Positions 19,143 to 28,499 of a DNA stretch of 64,000 nt are shown piece after piece (within the stretch, counting starts at the first letter, position 1; each line of letters begins with the position of its first letter). The position numbers and the translations under genes were made by a program. The DNA comes from Oligoflexia bacterium (GTDB taxonomy: Bacteria; Bdellovibrionota_G; JANQFH01): NCBI GenBank assembly GCA_028277945.1, contig JANQFH010000008.1:195442-259441 (forward strand). Direction: 5' to 3'. The notes beneath the pieces were generated by a model. It saw only the letters and a list, made by a program, of their open reading frames with translations. It was not told where the DNA came from and did not search any database.

Positions 19143-20923
19143 TCTAGGGCCTCAAAAAGAACGACGTTAAAGCCATCTGGATTTCTTGCCGAGGGTACGA
19201 CAATACCACGATAGTGCAGCCGCGCCAATTCTCCTATTATTTGTGTTATTGAGTAATCCTCAGAGATCAAAGCTTCAGGAGCTATATTTAATAGCTCCCT
19301 GACACTTGGTTCATTAAGATCGAGCATGTTGTCGAGTGTGACATAGCGGCTTCTTGTTTCAATCACCCCCTTGACACCATGGGCTCGCATTTCCGCGGCG
19401 ATGGTCTGCCGATCGCCGCTCATGTAAAGCGCGCTTCTTCCCGGCGCTGAATAGCGATGGTTGGCGGCAATATTACCCTGCGGTATTTTCCACGAACCTG
19501 CTCGGTAAACATCACCTCTGTATTTACTTCCCTTGACAACACCTTGAACCAGCTTTTTGGTGGTATCAGGCCCCAAAGCTTGGCTCGCCCTTATCACCGC
19601 AGGCAGATGCTGCTGATCAAAGAGCTTTCTTGCCAAGCCACCACCACCGCGCCCTAGCAAACTGGTGGTCCCTCGGACCATGACCGTGCCTGACAGGACC
19701 ATAGGCACCATCATGGAGACAACTGTCTCTAAAGCCATCTCAAGCGGCAAGCTCGCCTCGACAACTCCAGTTGACGAATCCTCTTGTAGTGCCCACAAAT
19801 GGTAGTCTGCTGCCGCCATTTTGAGTGCTCCTGACAAGAACTCGCCGTCTCGGATATCTTGCACTCCCTCAATCATTAAATAGGCGGCATCTATAAGATG
19901 TGGCAGATCTGGCAGGGTTAAGGCATGATCGAGGGTAATCTCCACATGTTGCCAGATGTGTTGGGAGAGCCTCTCACCTAGATCGCGCTCTAACAGCGCC
20001 AACTCATCGAAGGTCTCAACACGGATGCGCGCCATGGAGCTGTCTGCTTCCAAATGGAGTCGACCTTTGGCCGTTGATTGAGCGCGTTCTGCTCGGTCAA
20101 TGAGTTCGTCTAATGTCTCCTGTATCCAGCGATGTCGTATGAGATCTCGCATGCTGCGAAGCTCGTGAACCCGCCGTGAGAATGCCGCGTAGCCATAGGC
20201 AACCACCTCCTTACTTGAAGCCCGTTCCACAGCCGCCAGGGCAACATCGGTGGAGGTGGCCGTGAGCCCCAGAAATAGTGGCAATCCATGTCTGTTTTCA
20301 GGAAGTGGCAACTGAGCTTGCTGTTGAAGTTGCACAAAAAGAGAGGAGTTGTGGATCATGTCACTAGCGGAACTGTGAGAAGCGAGATCGGAACCACCCC
20401 TTTCGTGGAGGGTGCGAATGTCGAGGCCGCTTGCAGATGATTCATCTCGAAGCTGATCATCTTGAGCTTGCTCTGCAGAGAGGCTTAGATGTTTGTTACT
20501 CTCTGCAACTGCAGTGTTGGCTTGAAGTAGGCTGAGGCCACGTTGCAACCCTGTAAGGTACTGAACTCTACGCCGAGCTTCCACATCACTGTGAGTCGGT
20601 GCTGAGCCTTCTTCATCCTCATCATCAAATCCACCGATCTCTCCTCTCGGGCTATCAAAGAAAGGGTCAAATCCTTCATCTTCTGTTTTGTCTTTGGGTT
20701 TTTGAGAGGAAACGATAACAATAGGCGTGTCAAAAACAATATGGACGTTGCCATCGGAGTCAACGGTCACATTTCCTGGCTCTGTGGTGTAGTCGTGCTC
20801 TCTTTCCTGAGCTGATTCAGTTTGTCCTGCATCATCTTGTGCAACAAGCTCTCTCTGCAACGGCGAAAAAAGACAAATCGTCGCGATCAATAAATAAAGC
20901 AGGCTTTTACATGAAATTTTCAT
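19139..20923 (-). CDS. secreted protein with C-terminal RES-domain (NAD-targeting toxin-like) module
   Basis: 594-aa ORF; signal peptide; C-terminal region with RES-domain signatures YRAGSW ... RYSAPGRSALYMSGDRQTIAAE ... VVPSARNPDGFNVVLFE. Confidence 0.6.
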   Translation of the reverse strand: MKISCKSLLYLLIATICLFSPLQRELVAQDDAGQTESAQEREHDYTTEPGNVTVDSDGNVHIVFDTPIVIVSSQKPKDKTEDEGFDPFFDSPRGEIGGFDDEDEEGSAPTHSDVEARRRVQYLTGLQRGLSLLQANTAVAESNKHLSLSAEQAQDDQLRDESSASGLDIRTLHERGGSDLASHSSASDMIHNSSLFVQLQQQAQLPLPENRHGLPLFLGLTATSTDVALAAVERASSKEVVAYGYAAFSRRVHELRSMRDLIRHRWIQETLDELIDRAERAQSTAKGRLHLEADSSMARIRVETFDELALLERDLGERLSQHIWQHVEITLDHALTLPDLPHLIDAAYLMIEGVQDIRDGEFLSGALKMAAADYHLWALQEDSSTGVVEASLPLEMALETVVSMMVPMVLSGTVMVRGTTSLLGRGGGGLARKLFDQQHLPAVIRASQALGPDTTKKLVQGVVKGSKYRGDVYRAGSWKIPQGNIAANHRYSAPGRSALYMSGDRQTIAAEMRAHGVKGVIETRSRYVTLDNMLDLNEPSVRELLNIAPEALISEDYSITQIIGELARLHYRGIVVPSARNPDGFNVVLFEALE

Positions 20924-22077
20924 TTTGCCAGGCTCAGAATCAACTGTAATAGAAATGTGCCGTCCCCCTCCAAGGCTTTGGCGATCTCCAACAAGAGTTC
21001 AAGCTCTTTTGCCTTTTCAGTATCTCCTTGCGCCTTCAAAGCGCTGATTCTTTTCTCAGCCTCTGCAACTGGATTGAATCCCTTGACAATACCGGCAATT
21101 CTCTCGATATCCTCTTGACTATGAGCAACAAGTACTTCCAGGTCTCCTTTCAGCTCAGCATCGCTCAACTGTGGTAACACCTCCTCCCGGATCATGTGCG
21201 TTGCTGTAGACCACGTGAAAATGGCTTCTAATGCGGCAAAGAAATCTCGATTGACCAAAACCTCTTTTTGAACCTCAAGCTTCAACGAGGAGAAGAGATC
21301 GGAAATGTCGAAAAGAAAATCAATCCGTTGAAAATCAGCAAAGTATTGTTCCTTGAGCTCCTTATAAATCGCCGCTGACAGTTCAGCGGGTGCAGCGGCA
21401 AGATAGGAGGCAAGCTGATTGTCACTGCGATCGAGTTTTCGCAGCAGAACATCAACCGCCTGTACGAGCCTATCCCCAGTCTCCAAAGCTTCTTTAAAAC
21501 CAATAATGACCTTGCGGTCCTCTTCTCGAATCCGCCGTTCCACTTCCCGAAATCCTTCTAAGTAGAGAGGATCTAATCGGTTACCAGGCGGAGGTATCCG
21601 TTCATCGATGTCTTCTCGGGTTAGCTCTGGAATAACCGCTGATAGACCGGAAGTCGCCGACAGGGCGACCTGTCGAGAGCCTGCAAGCAGGTTTCTCGCT
21701 GCATCAATGTGCGAGCGGACTTGAAAGGCGAGCGACACAGCCTGACGTATCTCTTCTCTAGAGGATGCTGTTTTAACGGCGTTGACTTTGGCAAAGGGAG
21801 CCTCCAACCCTTCTTTGGTACGGCGAAATTCGTTAAGGGCAGCCGTTAGTCGACGCGTTGACCTCGAGGCCCTTGCATAAAGACCCCGATAGTGCTTATG
21901 CGCTGCGGTGCGTCCCTCACTCTTAACGGTAGCGCTCCTGGTCTGCTCGTATTTAAGCTGGAGACGCCGCAGCTCACCTTCCAGTTCCTCTACCGACTGC
22001 GCAAAGGCAGGTGAAAGAACAAAAAGCGAGATCAGCAACGATTTTAAGACCGACATGGGTAAGTATTTAAAGCACAT
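20920..22077 (-). CDS. secreted coiled-coil hypothetical protein
   Basis: 385-aa ORF with signal peptide (LISLFVLSPAFAQS); overlaps the downstream gene start by 4 nt; similar N-terminal organisation to 54768..55964. Confidence 0.4.
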   Translation of the reverse strand: MCFKYLPMSVLKSLLISLFVLSPAFAQSVEELEGELRRLQLKYEQTRSATVKSEGRTAAHKHYRGLYARASRSTRRLTAALNEFRRTKEGLEAPFAKVNAVKTASSREEIRQAVSLAFQVRSHIDAARNLLAGSRQVALSATSGLSAVIPELTREDIDERIPPPGNRLDPLYLEGFREVERRIREEDRKVIIGFKEALETGDRLVQAVDVLLRKLDRSDNQLASYLAAAPAELSAAIYKELKEQYFADFQRIDFLFDISDLFSSLKLEVQKEVLVNRDFFAALEAIFTWSTATHMIREEVLPQLSDAELKGDLEVLVAHSQEDIERIAGIVKGFNPVAEAEKRISALKAQGDTEKAKELELLLEIAKALEGDGTFLLQLILSLAK

Positions 22078-22313
22078 TTAATGCCATCGAGCTGAGAGTT
22101 CAACTTTTTAAACAAAGTTCGTACCTTCTGAAACAAACTAGCCACCACAAGAACTGCTGCCACGCGTTTCAAGAACGACCACTTTGTCCATATAAGAAAC
22201 AAACCGTTCACGATCAAATCAGTCGTCGAAAAGCCTTCTTGTTCTTGGTGATGGCTACCGGGACGGTTCTGTGCACCAGCCCATCCGGTCCAGACTTCAC
22301 CGCTCTAAACTCT

Positions 22314-24110
22314 CTAACTCTGAGGCCGCAGGCCAATTGGAACGAGGCTAGCGAGACTTTTAGGAATACATTTCACACCAAGTCGAGCACAATTCATGAG
22401 GACAACCTCCTCTTCAAAATGGCTTGTCACAAGTATAGCCTGATCTTGAAGGTTGAGCTCTTCAATGAGATCGAGCCCGGTTTCCTTAAAGTTGAGAAGT
22501 TCATAGTCACACAGAAATAAAGCATTGTGTGTATCATTCTTCTCAACCCATGTTCTTATGGCGTCGGGTGTAGACAGATTGTCAAGTTTGATCCTATTTC
22601 CTCCTCCGTTGCGTAATGCATGAAATCGCTCTCGCCAAATCTGATGAATCGTAGGATCGTCGTCCAAGGTTACAATGCGGGAGTCTGGCGCAACTTCAAG
22701 TCTGGGTACAAACCAAGACGGAGGACTTTCTTTGGGTAAAAGCAGAGATATCTGAGTACCTTGTCCTTCCGTACTCTCAATTTTAAGCTCACCTCCCCAG
22801 CTTTCAGCGGCCACTTTTGCATGATAGACTCCAAGACCTAGACCACTATCCGTTCCCCCCTTTCCATAGGTCACTCCCTTTTGGCCCAGTTTTCCGAGAA
22901 TGTCCGGTGGTATTCCTGTCCCGTCGTCTTTTACATAGAGACACAATGTTGAATTATTATGTTGGAACAGGCCAATTTCGATGACACCCTCATCGGTCAT
23001 TGCTTCAACAGAGTTATTTACAAGATTTGAAATTACACGCTTAAGCTCAACAGCACTGACTTTGGCAAACAGTCCGTAGGATTTTTCATCCAATTTGGCC
23101 TCAATTCGGATTCCTGTTTTAGTTCGGAATTGACCCCGTTTTTCGCTGACGATACTTTCTATAATACTTGATATCAACCAAGTCCTTCTCATGGCTTGAT
23201 TGGGCCTCTCGTCATGTTGAGCCTGATGTATATTTCTGCCCAGCAAGTTGTTGGCGATATCTTTAATACGTTGGGACGCATTACGTATAAGAACGCGTTT
23301 CTCTTCCGGAATGTCTACAAGAGTGCCAGCCAAAAGATCCAATGCTGCTACAGGAGCTCGTATATCATGCGCGATTTGTTGAGCCACTTGGTAAACAGCT
23401 TCCGCCTTTTTTGTTTCGATCCTATATTGATTTGACTGAAGAGTTTGTTGCGCAAGTTTCCTAATGGAAGAGGTGAGAATAACAACTTCGGACAGATCAC
23501 CCTTGATATTTGGCTGATCAAGGAGTGAAAGATCTTCTAAGTTGCCACTTTCAGCTGTTTGACTAAGCGTGTGTAGCGGTGCTGAGATCCGATGTGCCAC
23601 TCTTTTTAGCATAAGGAAAGCTATAGCAGCGATAGTCATTAAGACAAATAGAGATACTCCCATAATCCGGTAGTATAGACCACGAATGATTCCGGTATTA
23701 AACCTCATACTAACCATAGCCGCTGGTTGTGTCTTTTCGTCGTCAAAATATACAGTGCGTTCAACGACAAATTTACTCGTCCTCGACACTTCTGCAGTTT
23801 CTGGTAAACTCTCGTAAATAACTTCTCCTCTTATGTTCGAAATAATAATGTTATCTATGGCCTCTTTTTTTATCAAGAGATTGCACTTTTCACGGATGCT
23901 GAGGTGAGAGCCGGTAAGAATTTCGTAGCGAATATTCTCGGAAAAGAGTTCTAAAATCATCTCATGTTTTGACGCAACTAAGTTATCGAAACTCTTGTTA
24001 ACCGCAAATAGAATTAGGATTCCCACAAGAATTAAACCCAATGATACTGTTATTGAAAAAGTTCTGAGTAAACTGGTGAATACAGTATGTTGACGTTTAG
24101 GCATTTCCAC
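22314..24110 (-). CDS. hybrid sensor histidine kinase with C-terminal receiver domain
   Basis: 598-aa ORF; two TM helices flanking a periplasmic domain, H-box IAHDIRAPVAAL, HATPase_c motifs (NLVNNSVEAM, DDGTGIP, GLGLGVY), REC-like C-terminus (TLDDD ... LFLCDYEL). Confidence 0.85.
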   Translation of the reverse strand: MEMPKRQHTVFTSLLRTFSITVSLGLILVGILILFAVNKSFDNLVASKHEMILELFSENIRYEILTGSHLSIREKCNLLIKKEAIDNIIISNIRGEVIYESLPETAEVSRTSKFVVERTVYFDDEKTQPAAMVSMRFNTGIIRGLYYRIMGVSLFVLMTIAAIAFLMLKRVAHRISAPLHTLSQTAESGNLEDLSLLDQPNIKGDLSEVVILTSSIRKLAQQTLQSNQYRIETKKAEAVYQVAQQIAHDIRAPVAALDLLAGTLVDIPEEKRVLIRNASQRIKDIANNLLGRNIHQAQHDERPNQAMRRTWLISSIIESIVSEKRGQFRTKTGIRIEAKLDEKSYGLFAKVSAVELKRVISNLVNNSVEAMTDEGVIEIGLFQHNNSTLCLYVKDDGTGIPPDILGKLGQKGVTYGKGGTDSGLGLGVYHAKVAAESWGGELKIESTEGQGTQISLLLPKESPPSWFVPRLEVAPDSRIVTLDDDPTIHQIWRERFHALRNGGGNRIKLDNLSTPDAIRTWVEKNDTHNALFLCDYELLNFKETGLDLIEELNLQDQAILVTSHFEEEVVLMNCARLGVKCIPKSLASLVPIGLRPQS

Positions 24111-25611
24111 CTAATCCTTTTCGGTGCAATTTCCATAATTCATGAAAAAATGTCTCTCCAAATTTTGGCATGTCTATTTGCTTTTTTAAGAGAATAGGAT
24201 AGTCAAAGGCCAGAATAGGGACAAAAAAATGTCTGCTTTCAAAATCTACCAGCTCTCTCTCGTACAGTTTTAGGCGTCGCAAGCGTTTTTTAGTAAACCG
24301 GATTGCCGAAATCCTATCCAAGAATTCTTTAACGGGAAATAATCTTTCAACGCCAAATAGCTTGCTCTGTAGAGGCCACAGGTAGCCATCTGGATCAGTT
24401 AGGCCTGCACCAAAAATAAAAGAGATCAGATCGAAATCCCCTGTCTTGTAGTAATTCAATAGCAGGGCCAAATCGACGATTCGAATATCCGGAACTAACC
24501 CTAGTCGTTCTAAAAGGGAGGAAACGCTATTGATGTGTTGCTGAGACATAAAACCTTTGTATACAACGACTCGAAATTTGTGGCCCTCAAGTTTCGGATA
24601 TTTTGTGACAAAGTTATCTTCAGTGATTTGGCTTTTTCTTGGTCCATAATAAGACATCGGAAGAGTACCCTCGGGAAGGAAGGTATGAAGAGATTTCTGG
24701 AAAGGCACTAGATTTTTCTTGATGGTGGATAGTGATGAAATAAGATAGCTTAAGTCGCGTCGTAGATTAGAGGACTTTAGATGGGCTCTATGTGTGTTAT
24801 ATAGGAAATGTAACACAAACACATTGTTGGGAAGAACCACATCAAAGCTGCTGCTATCAAGTTTGATTTTCGCAAGTTCATATGGGGCCACACCCAAAAA
24901 AACATCGAATTTGTTGGCCTCTATCAAGGTTCTTAAATCACTATAATCGTATCCTTCAACCACAAGTTTATAAATATTTTCGGAGGAAGTTCTTGGTTCA
25001 AAGCTCCAAGTTTTTCCTTTATTTGTTAGACTTGCAGTCATTAAACCGGAGCCGGTACAACAAAACGATTCTTTTTCGACAATGCCAAAAAGAGGATTGT
25101 TAAGAAGCTTTAGAAAAGGAGGATAGGGCCCCTTGAGATAAAATCTAATGTGTTGTTCGTCTATTGCCTCGACAGCATTGGTGCCTGCTTTGGTCTTGGG
25201 TTGCAGGGCAAGCTCCAAAATCGATCGTGAAGAAAAGTTTGATTCTAAAATTCTGAGAAATGAGTGCTCAACATCTTTGGCAGTGATTTTTCTTCCATTA
25301 TGAAAGCGTAGGTTAGGTTTTAGCTTAAAAGTGTATTCTCTGCCACTATCGTTTATGCTCCAACTTTCGGCTAGTTCAGACACAACAATACCTCTCTCAT
25401 TCAGGCGGACTAGACGCGAAAATACACAGGCGCTCATCATAAGGTGCGATACCGATACTATTTTCATTGGATCTAGAGTTTGTGGGAGAATGCTCACACC
25501 AATCTTTAGTTCATTGTAATTCGTCAGGTCTTTTGCCAGCAAATCAGTACTCAAAAAGCATATTAAGAATAGCACGGAGAAAATATTGAATTGTTTAGCA
25601 CTCTTTTTCAT
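24097..25611 (-). CDS. family-5 extracellular solute-binding protein, orphan
   Basis: Start chosen at ATG 25611 (MKKSAKQFNIFSVLFLICFL signal peptide) rather than the upstream in-frame start at 25701; stop overlaps the histidine kinase start by 14 nt. Confidence 0.8.
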   Translation of the reverse strand: MKKSAKQFNIFSVLFLICFLSTDLLAKDLTNYNELKIGVSILPQTLDPMKIVSVSHLMMSACVFSRLVRLNERGIVVSELAESWSINDSGREYTFKLKPNLRFHNGRKITAKDVEHSFLRILESNFSSRSILELALQPKTKAGTNAVEAIDEQHIRFYLKGPYPPFLKLLNNPLFGIVEKESFCCTGSGLMTASLTNKGKTWSFEPRTSSENIYKLVVEGYDYSDLRTLIEANKFDVFLGVAPYELAKIKLDSSSFDVVLPNNVFVLHFLYNTHRAHLKSSNLRRDLSYLISSLSTIKKNLVPFQKSLHTFLPEGTLPMSYYGPRKSQITEDNFVTKYPKLEGHKFRVVVYKGFMSQQHINSVSSLLERLGLVPDIRIVDLALLLNYYKTGDFDLISFIFGAGLTDPDGYLWPLQSKLFGVERLFPVKEFLDRISAIRFTKKRLRRLKLYERELVDFESRHFFVPILAFDYPILLKKQIDMPKFGETFFHELWKLHRKGLGGNA

Positions 25612-25616
25612 TTGTG

Positions 25617-26933
25617 TTATGATCCTGACCGCACAGAGCTCTTTCGTTTTTGTTCGGATAATAAATAGACAGAAAAAATAGAAACAACACAGATGATACA
25701 CACTGTAATCATGGCCTCTTCAACAGAAGGAGCTCCATCTCTACATTTGCCTAGGTACCAGCTGTAGAAGCCGATACCTGCAAAAGCAGGCATATTCTGT
25801 AAACTTAGAGCTGTTGCCAATTCCTCATTGTCTACTACGGAGCATAGAAGGTTAGTTGCTAATGCGCCTGTGGCTCCGACCACAACATCAGCCATAACGG
25901 CGTATACTAAGATCATGAGGATTAGCATCGTAGGGTTTAGTGAGCTGAATGTACATAAAATATACAGACTGATTGTAGCAAGAAGAGTAAAGTGAATTAA
26001 GAGGTAATTATTTGTACTTAATCTTTTGCTCATCACTAGCCTTGGTAGTACATGTCCTCTTACAATCCATCCTATTCCACCATAAGCAAAGGTAAAGAGT
26101 CCCATGATAAACCACGAGAATAGGCCGTGGTCCGCATTTCCAAACTGTCTACCCAGAGTGATCGCAAAGTAGCCCGCGTTTACTGCAGCTAACATAAAGG
26201 CTGATAGCCGTAAATAAATCGCCTTTTTGGCGACCATACTTTGCCGTAACCTGCTGATTAGATTCGATGTGCTTGGTCTCCCCCCACTTATTGAAGTATC
26301 ACCATAAATACGAAAGTCCCTGAAAAGACGATAGAATCCTGCATACCATAGCAAAATACCGATGATCAGTGTGTGATGCACTCCAATGGTGTGATAGGTA
26401 ACAAAAAGTAAGACAAAAGCCAGCAGGATAACCAAGGCTGTGAGATATTTCCCGGCATGTTGGCTGAGAGTAAAACTTTGGCTGGCCATTTTCTCTGCTT
26501 CGTTATGTCCTTTTGATAACCTACGGATAGCATCCTGGTAGAAAGCCTCCACAGATCCTGAAATCAATGGCTTTGAAAATCCAACAATGACGCCATGTAT
26601 GATAAAAAGAAGCCGAGAAAAGGTGTTCGGCATGCTCGGGAAAAGGGCCACATAGATGCCACAGGTTCCAAGGAGAATAAGAAAACCGCCCAATAGTGCG
26701 CAAGGAATTCTACCAAAACGATCCGCAACGTATCCCATTGGAACTTCAAAAATCACATTCATCAGAAACTCAATGCCCGTAAGCAGAGCAACTGTATCAA
26801 GCGGTACGTTAGCCAGCACACCAGCAGTAATACGGAAAGTGATCGAAATGAAATGAGTTGATGCGAGGTTGAGAGCTCTAAATATACCTAAACTTTTAAC
26901 ACATGCTTGAGTTTGTGCGAGGGTTTGATCCAT
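25617..26933 (-). CDS. MFS-type transporter
   Basis: 438-aa polytopic membrane protein with MFS motif-A-like loop GYVADRFGRIP. Confidence 0.7.
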   Translation of the reverse strand: MDQTLAQTQACVKSLGIFRALNLASTHFISITFRITAGVLANVPLDTVALLTGIEFLMNVIFEVPMGYVADRFGRIPCALLGGFLILLGTCGIYVALFPSMPNTFSRLLFIIHGVIVGFSKPLISGSVEAFYQDAIRRLSKGHNEAEKMASQSFTLSQHAGKYLTALVILLAFVLLFVTYHTIGVHHTLIIGILLWYAGFYRLFRDFRIYGDTSISGGRPSTSNLISRLRQSMVAKKAIYLRLSAFMLAAVNAGYFAITLGRQFGNADHGLFSWFIMGLFTFAYGGIGWIVRGHVLPRLVMSKRLSTNNYLLIHFTLLATISLYILCTFSSLNPTMLILMILVYAVMADVVVGATGALATNLLCSVVDNEELATALSLQNMPAFAGIGFYSWYLGKCRDGAPSVEEAMITVCIICVVSIFSVYLLSEQKRKSSVRSGS

Positions 26934-26945
26934 TATGATCTCTAT

Positions 26946-27779
26946 TTACACTTCTATTCTCTCTCTGACACCTAGCATAAACAACTTAATGTCCTTATCG
27001 AATTCCAGAAGACCAGATTTTGTAATAGTAGTAAGATCCTTTATATACTTGTTCTTATAACAATCTAAAATACGACTGGAACTCTGCTTGATTAACTCTT
27101 CTATCGAGTGATTCGAATGTATCCGCAAACCAAGTTCCAGCATGGCCGCCTCAGCAAAGGCTGCATGATAGATACCGAACAGTGGCCTTTTCATGTTTCT
27201 CAAAGCTGATCGGTCTTCTTTTGCCCATGGATAGCGATTCACTGTGGCTTCACTTTTTGTTGCAAAGACAATAGTAAGGTAGTGATGGCCCAACTCGTGA
27301 GCTAGAATTTCTGCCCACTTCACAGGGTCATCACTATTCATTACATATTCAATAAGTCCAAAGACTTGGGGATCAGAGGCTGATTCGTGTTCAACACCTT
27401 GCCTGGGAAAACACATTCTTGGTTTGATAATTTGCTCAAATGCAAATAGTTTCTTCCATACTACTCCGATAATTGTTCTTGCTGCAGAGTATAGTGCTTC
27501 TTTTTCTGGATAGCGTTGCAGTGAAGAATCAAAAATAATGTTACTGCCAACTACGAACTTGCTACGTGCGATATCACGAGTTATTAGATTGCTAACTTGG
27601 TCAGTTGACAGACTAAACTTATCACGATTGAAATAGATCCAAGAGAGAGTTGATAAGCTCAATTCTCTATTAATGTCTATATTGCGGAATGCTGGTATGA
27701 GCTTAAGAGCTTGCATTCCCTGCTGTCTAAATTGACTAACGTATTTTTTTGTCAGATCAATTGAGAATATAGAAGGCAT
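26946..27779 (-). CDS. HExxH-motif protein (paralog of 12609..13601)
   Basis: 277-aa ORF with AHELGHH and RPLFGIYHAAF segments; first long gene after the candidate precursor ORF. Confidence 0.55.
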   Translation of the reverse strand: MPSIFSIDLTKKYVSQFRQQGMQALKLIPAFRNIDINRELSLSTLSWIYFNRDKFSLSTDQVSNLITRDIARSKFVVGSNIIFDSSLQRYPEKEALYSAARTIIGVVWKKLFAFEQIIKPRMCFPRQGVEHESASDPQVFGLIEYVMNSDDPVKWAEILAHELGHHYLTIVFATKSEATVNRYPWAKEDRSALRNMKRPLFGIYHAAFAEAAMLELGLRIHSNHSIEELIKQSSSRILDCYKNKYIKDLTTITKSGLLEFDKDIKLFMLGVRERIEV

Positions 27780-27817
27780 TCATCATGCCAATTTTTTATT
27801 ACGTTTTAGTTGCCTCA

Positions 27818-27922
27818 CTACGACCCGGTAGGTATGCTAGCTAACTTAGCACCTAGCACACGGTGTGATTGAAAAGAGAAATTGAAGGAAACTGTCTTTT
27901 TACTTTCGTTGCTTTTTGCCAT
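27818..27922 (-). CDS. candidate precursor peptide (34 aa): MAKSNESKKTVSFNFSFQSHRVLGAKLASIPTGS
   Basis: Below the ORF-track size cutoff; ATG preceded by AGGAG at 7-nt spacing; stop lies 38 bp upstream of the HExxH gene start. Confidence 0.35.
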   Translation of the reverse strand: MAKSNESKKTVSFNFSFQSHRVLGAKLASIPTGS

Positions 27923-28017
27923 TTTCTAGCTCCTGGTTACAGATGGTTTGTAACTTGTTTGTAATTTTGTCAGTTACACATTATCTGGAATCGATAGCAA
28001 TTAATACCTTTTCAAAA

Positions 28018-28145
28018 GCAAGAGTTAGGCCAATGGGAATATCCAATATTTCAATACGTTGTAAATATATGATACTCGGAGACAGTGTGTCTGATATAAG
28101 ACATTCTGTTCACTATGAAGACAGTTTGTTTGTATTTCGAACAAT
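28018..28145. repeat. conserved ~128-bp operon-leader element, copy 2
   Basis: Paralogous to 15906..16033; contains GTCTGATATAAGAC imperfect palindrome and ACAGTTTGTTTG; lies about 95 bp upstream of the candidate precursor ORF at 27922. Confidence 0.6.
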
Positions 28146-28499
28146 AGCCTCAGTAAGGATTGAGGTAGGTTAGGCTCCATTTTTTATTCCTAGGTAACCC
28201 ACTGAAAGTAAACAAAAGGTGCAGTTGACGCAACTTGGGTTGGCACCGATCTGATGCGGCGCGCCCTTATTTGATATATTCTTGTTATTTTCATATAGTT
28301 AGCGAACCTATCTTCTGGTACACTAGTTGCAACTCCTAGAGAGTAGGGTACTAGGAGTTAATAGGGAACTAAAGTTACAAAAACCTCGGTATGAGGTTGC
28401 AATGTAACACGATAATGTATTAAAATTAAATTCTTAATTGAAAAAATAATACGTAACTTCTAGAGCTACGAACGTGTGTCATCAAAGGAGGGGGGCAAC

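Noticed and set aside
27916-28173. 85-aa plus-strand ORF covering leader-element copy 2
   Set aside because: The same frame in copy 1 (15906..16033) is interrupted by a stop, so the conservation is at nucleotide level rather than protein level
28230-28260. Possible sigma-54 promoter (TGGCAC ... TGATGC) upstream of the pilin-like gene
   Set aside because: Spacing between the GG and GC elements is about 12 nt rather than the required 10, and the -12 element is poor
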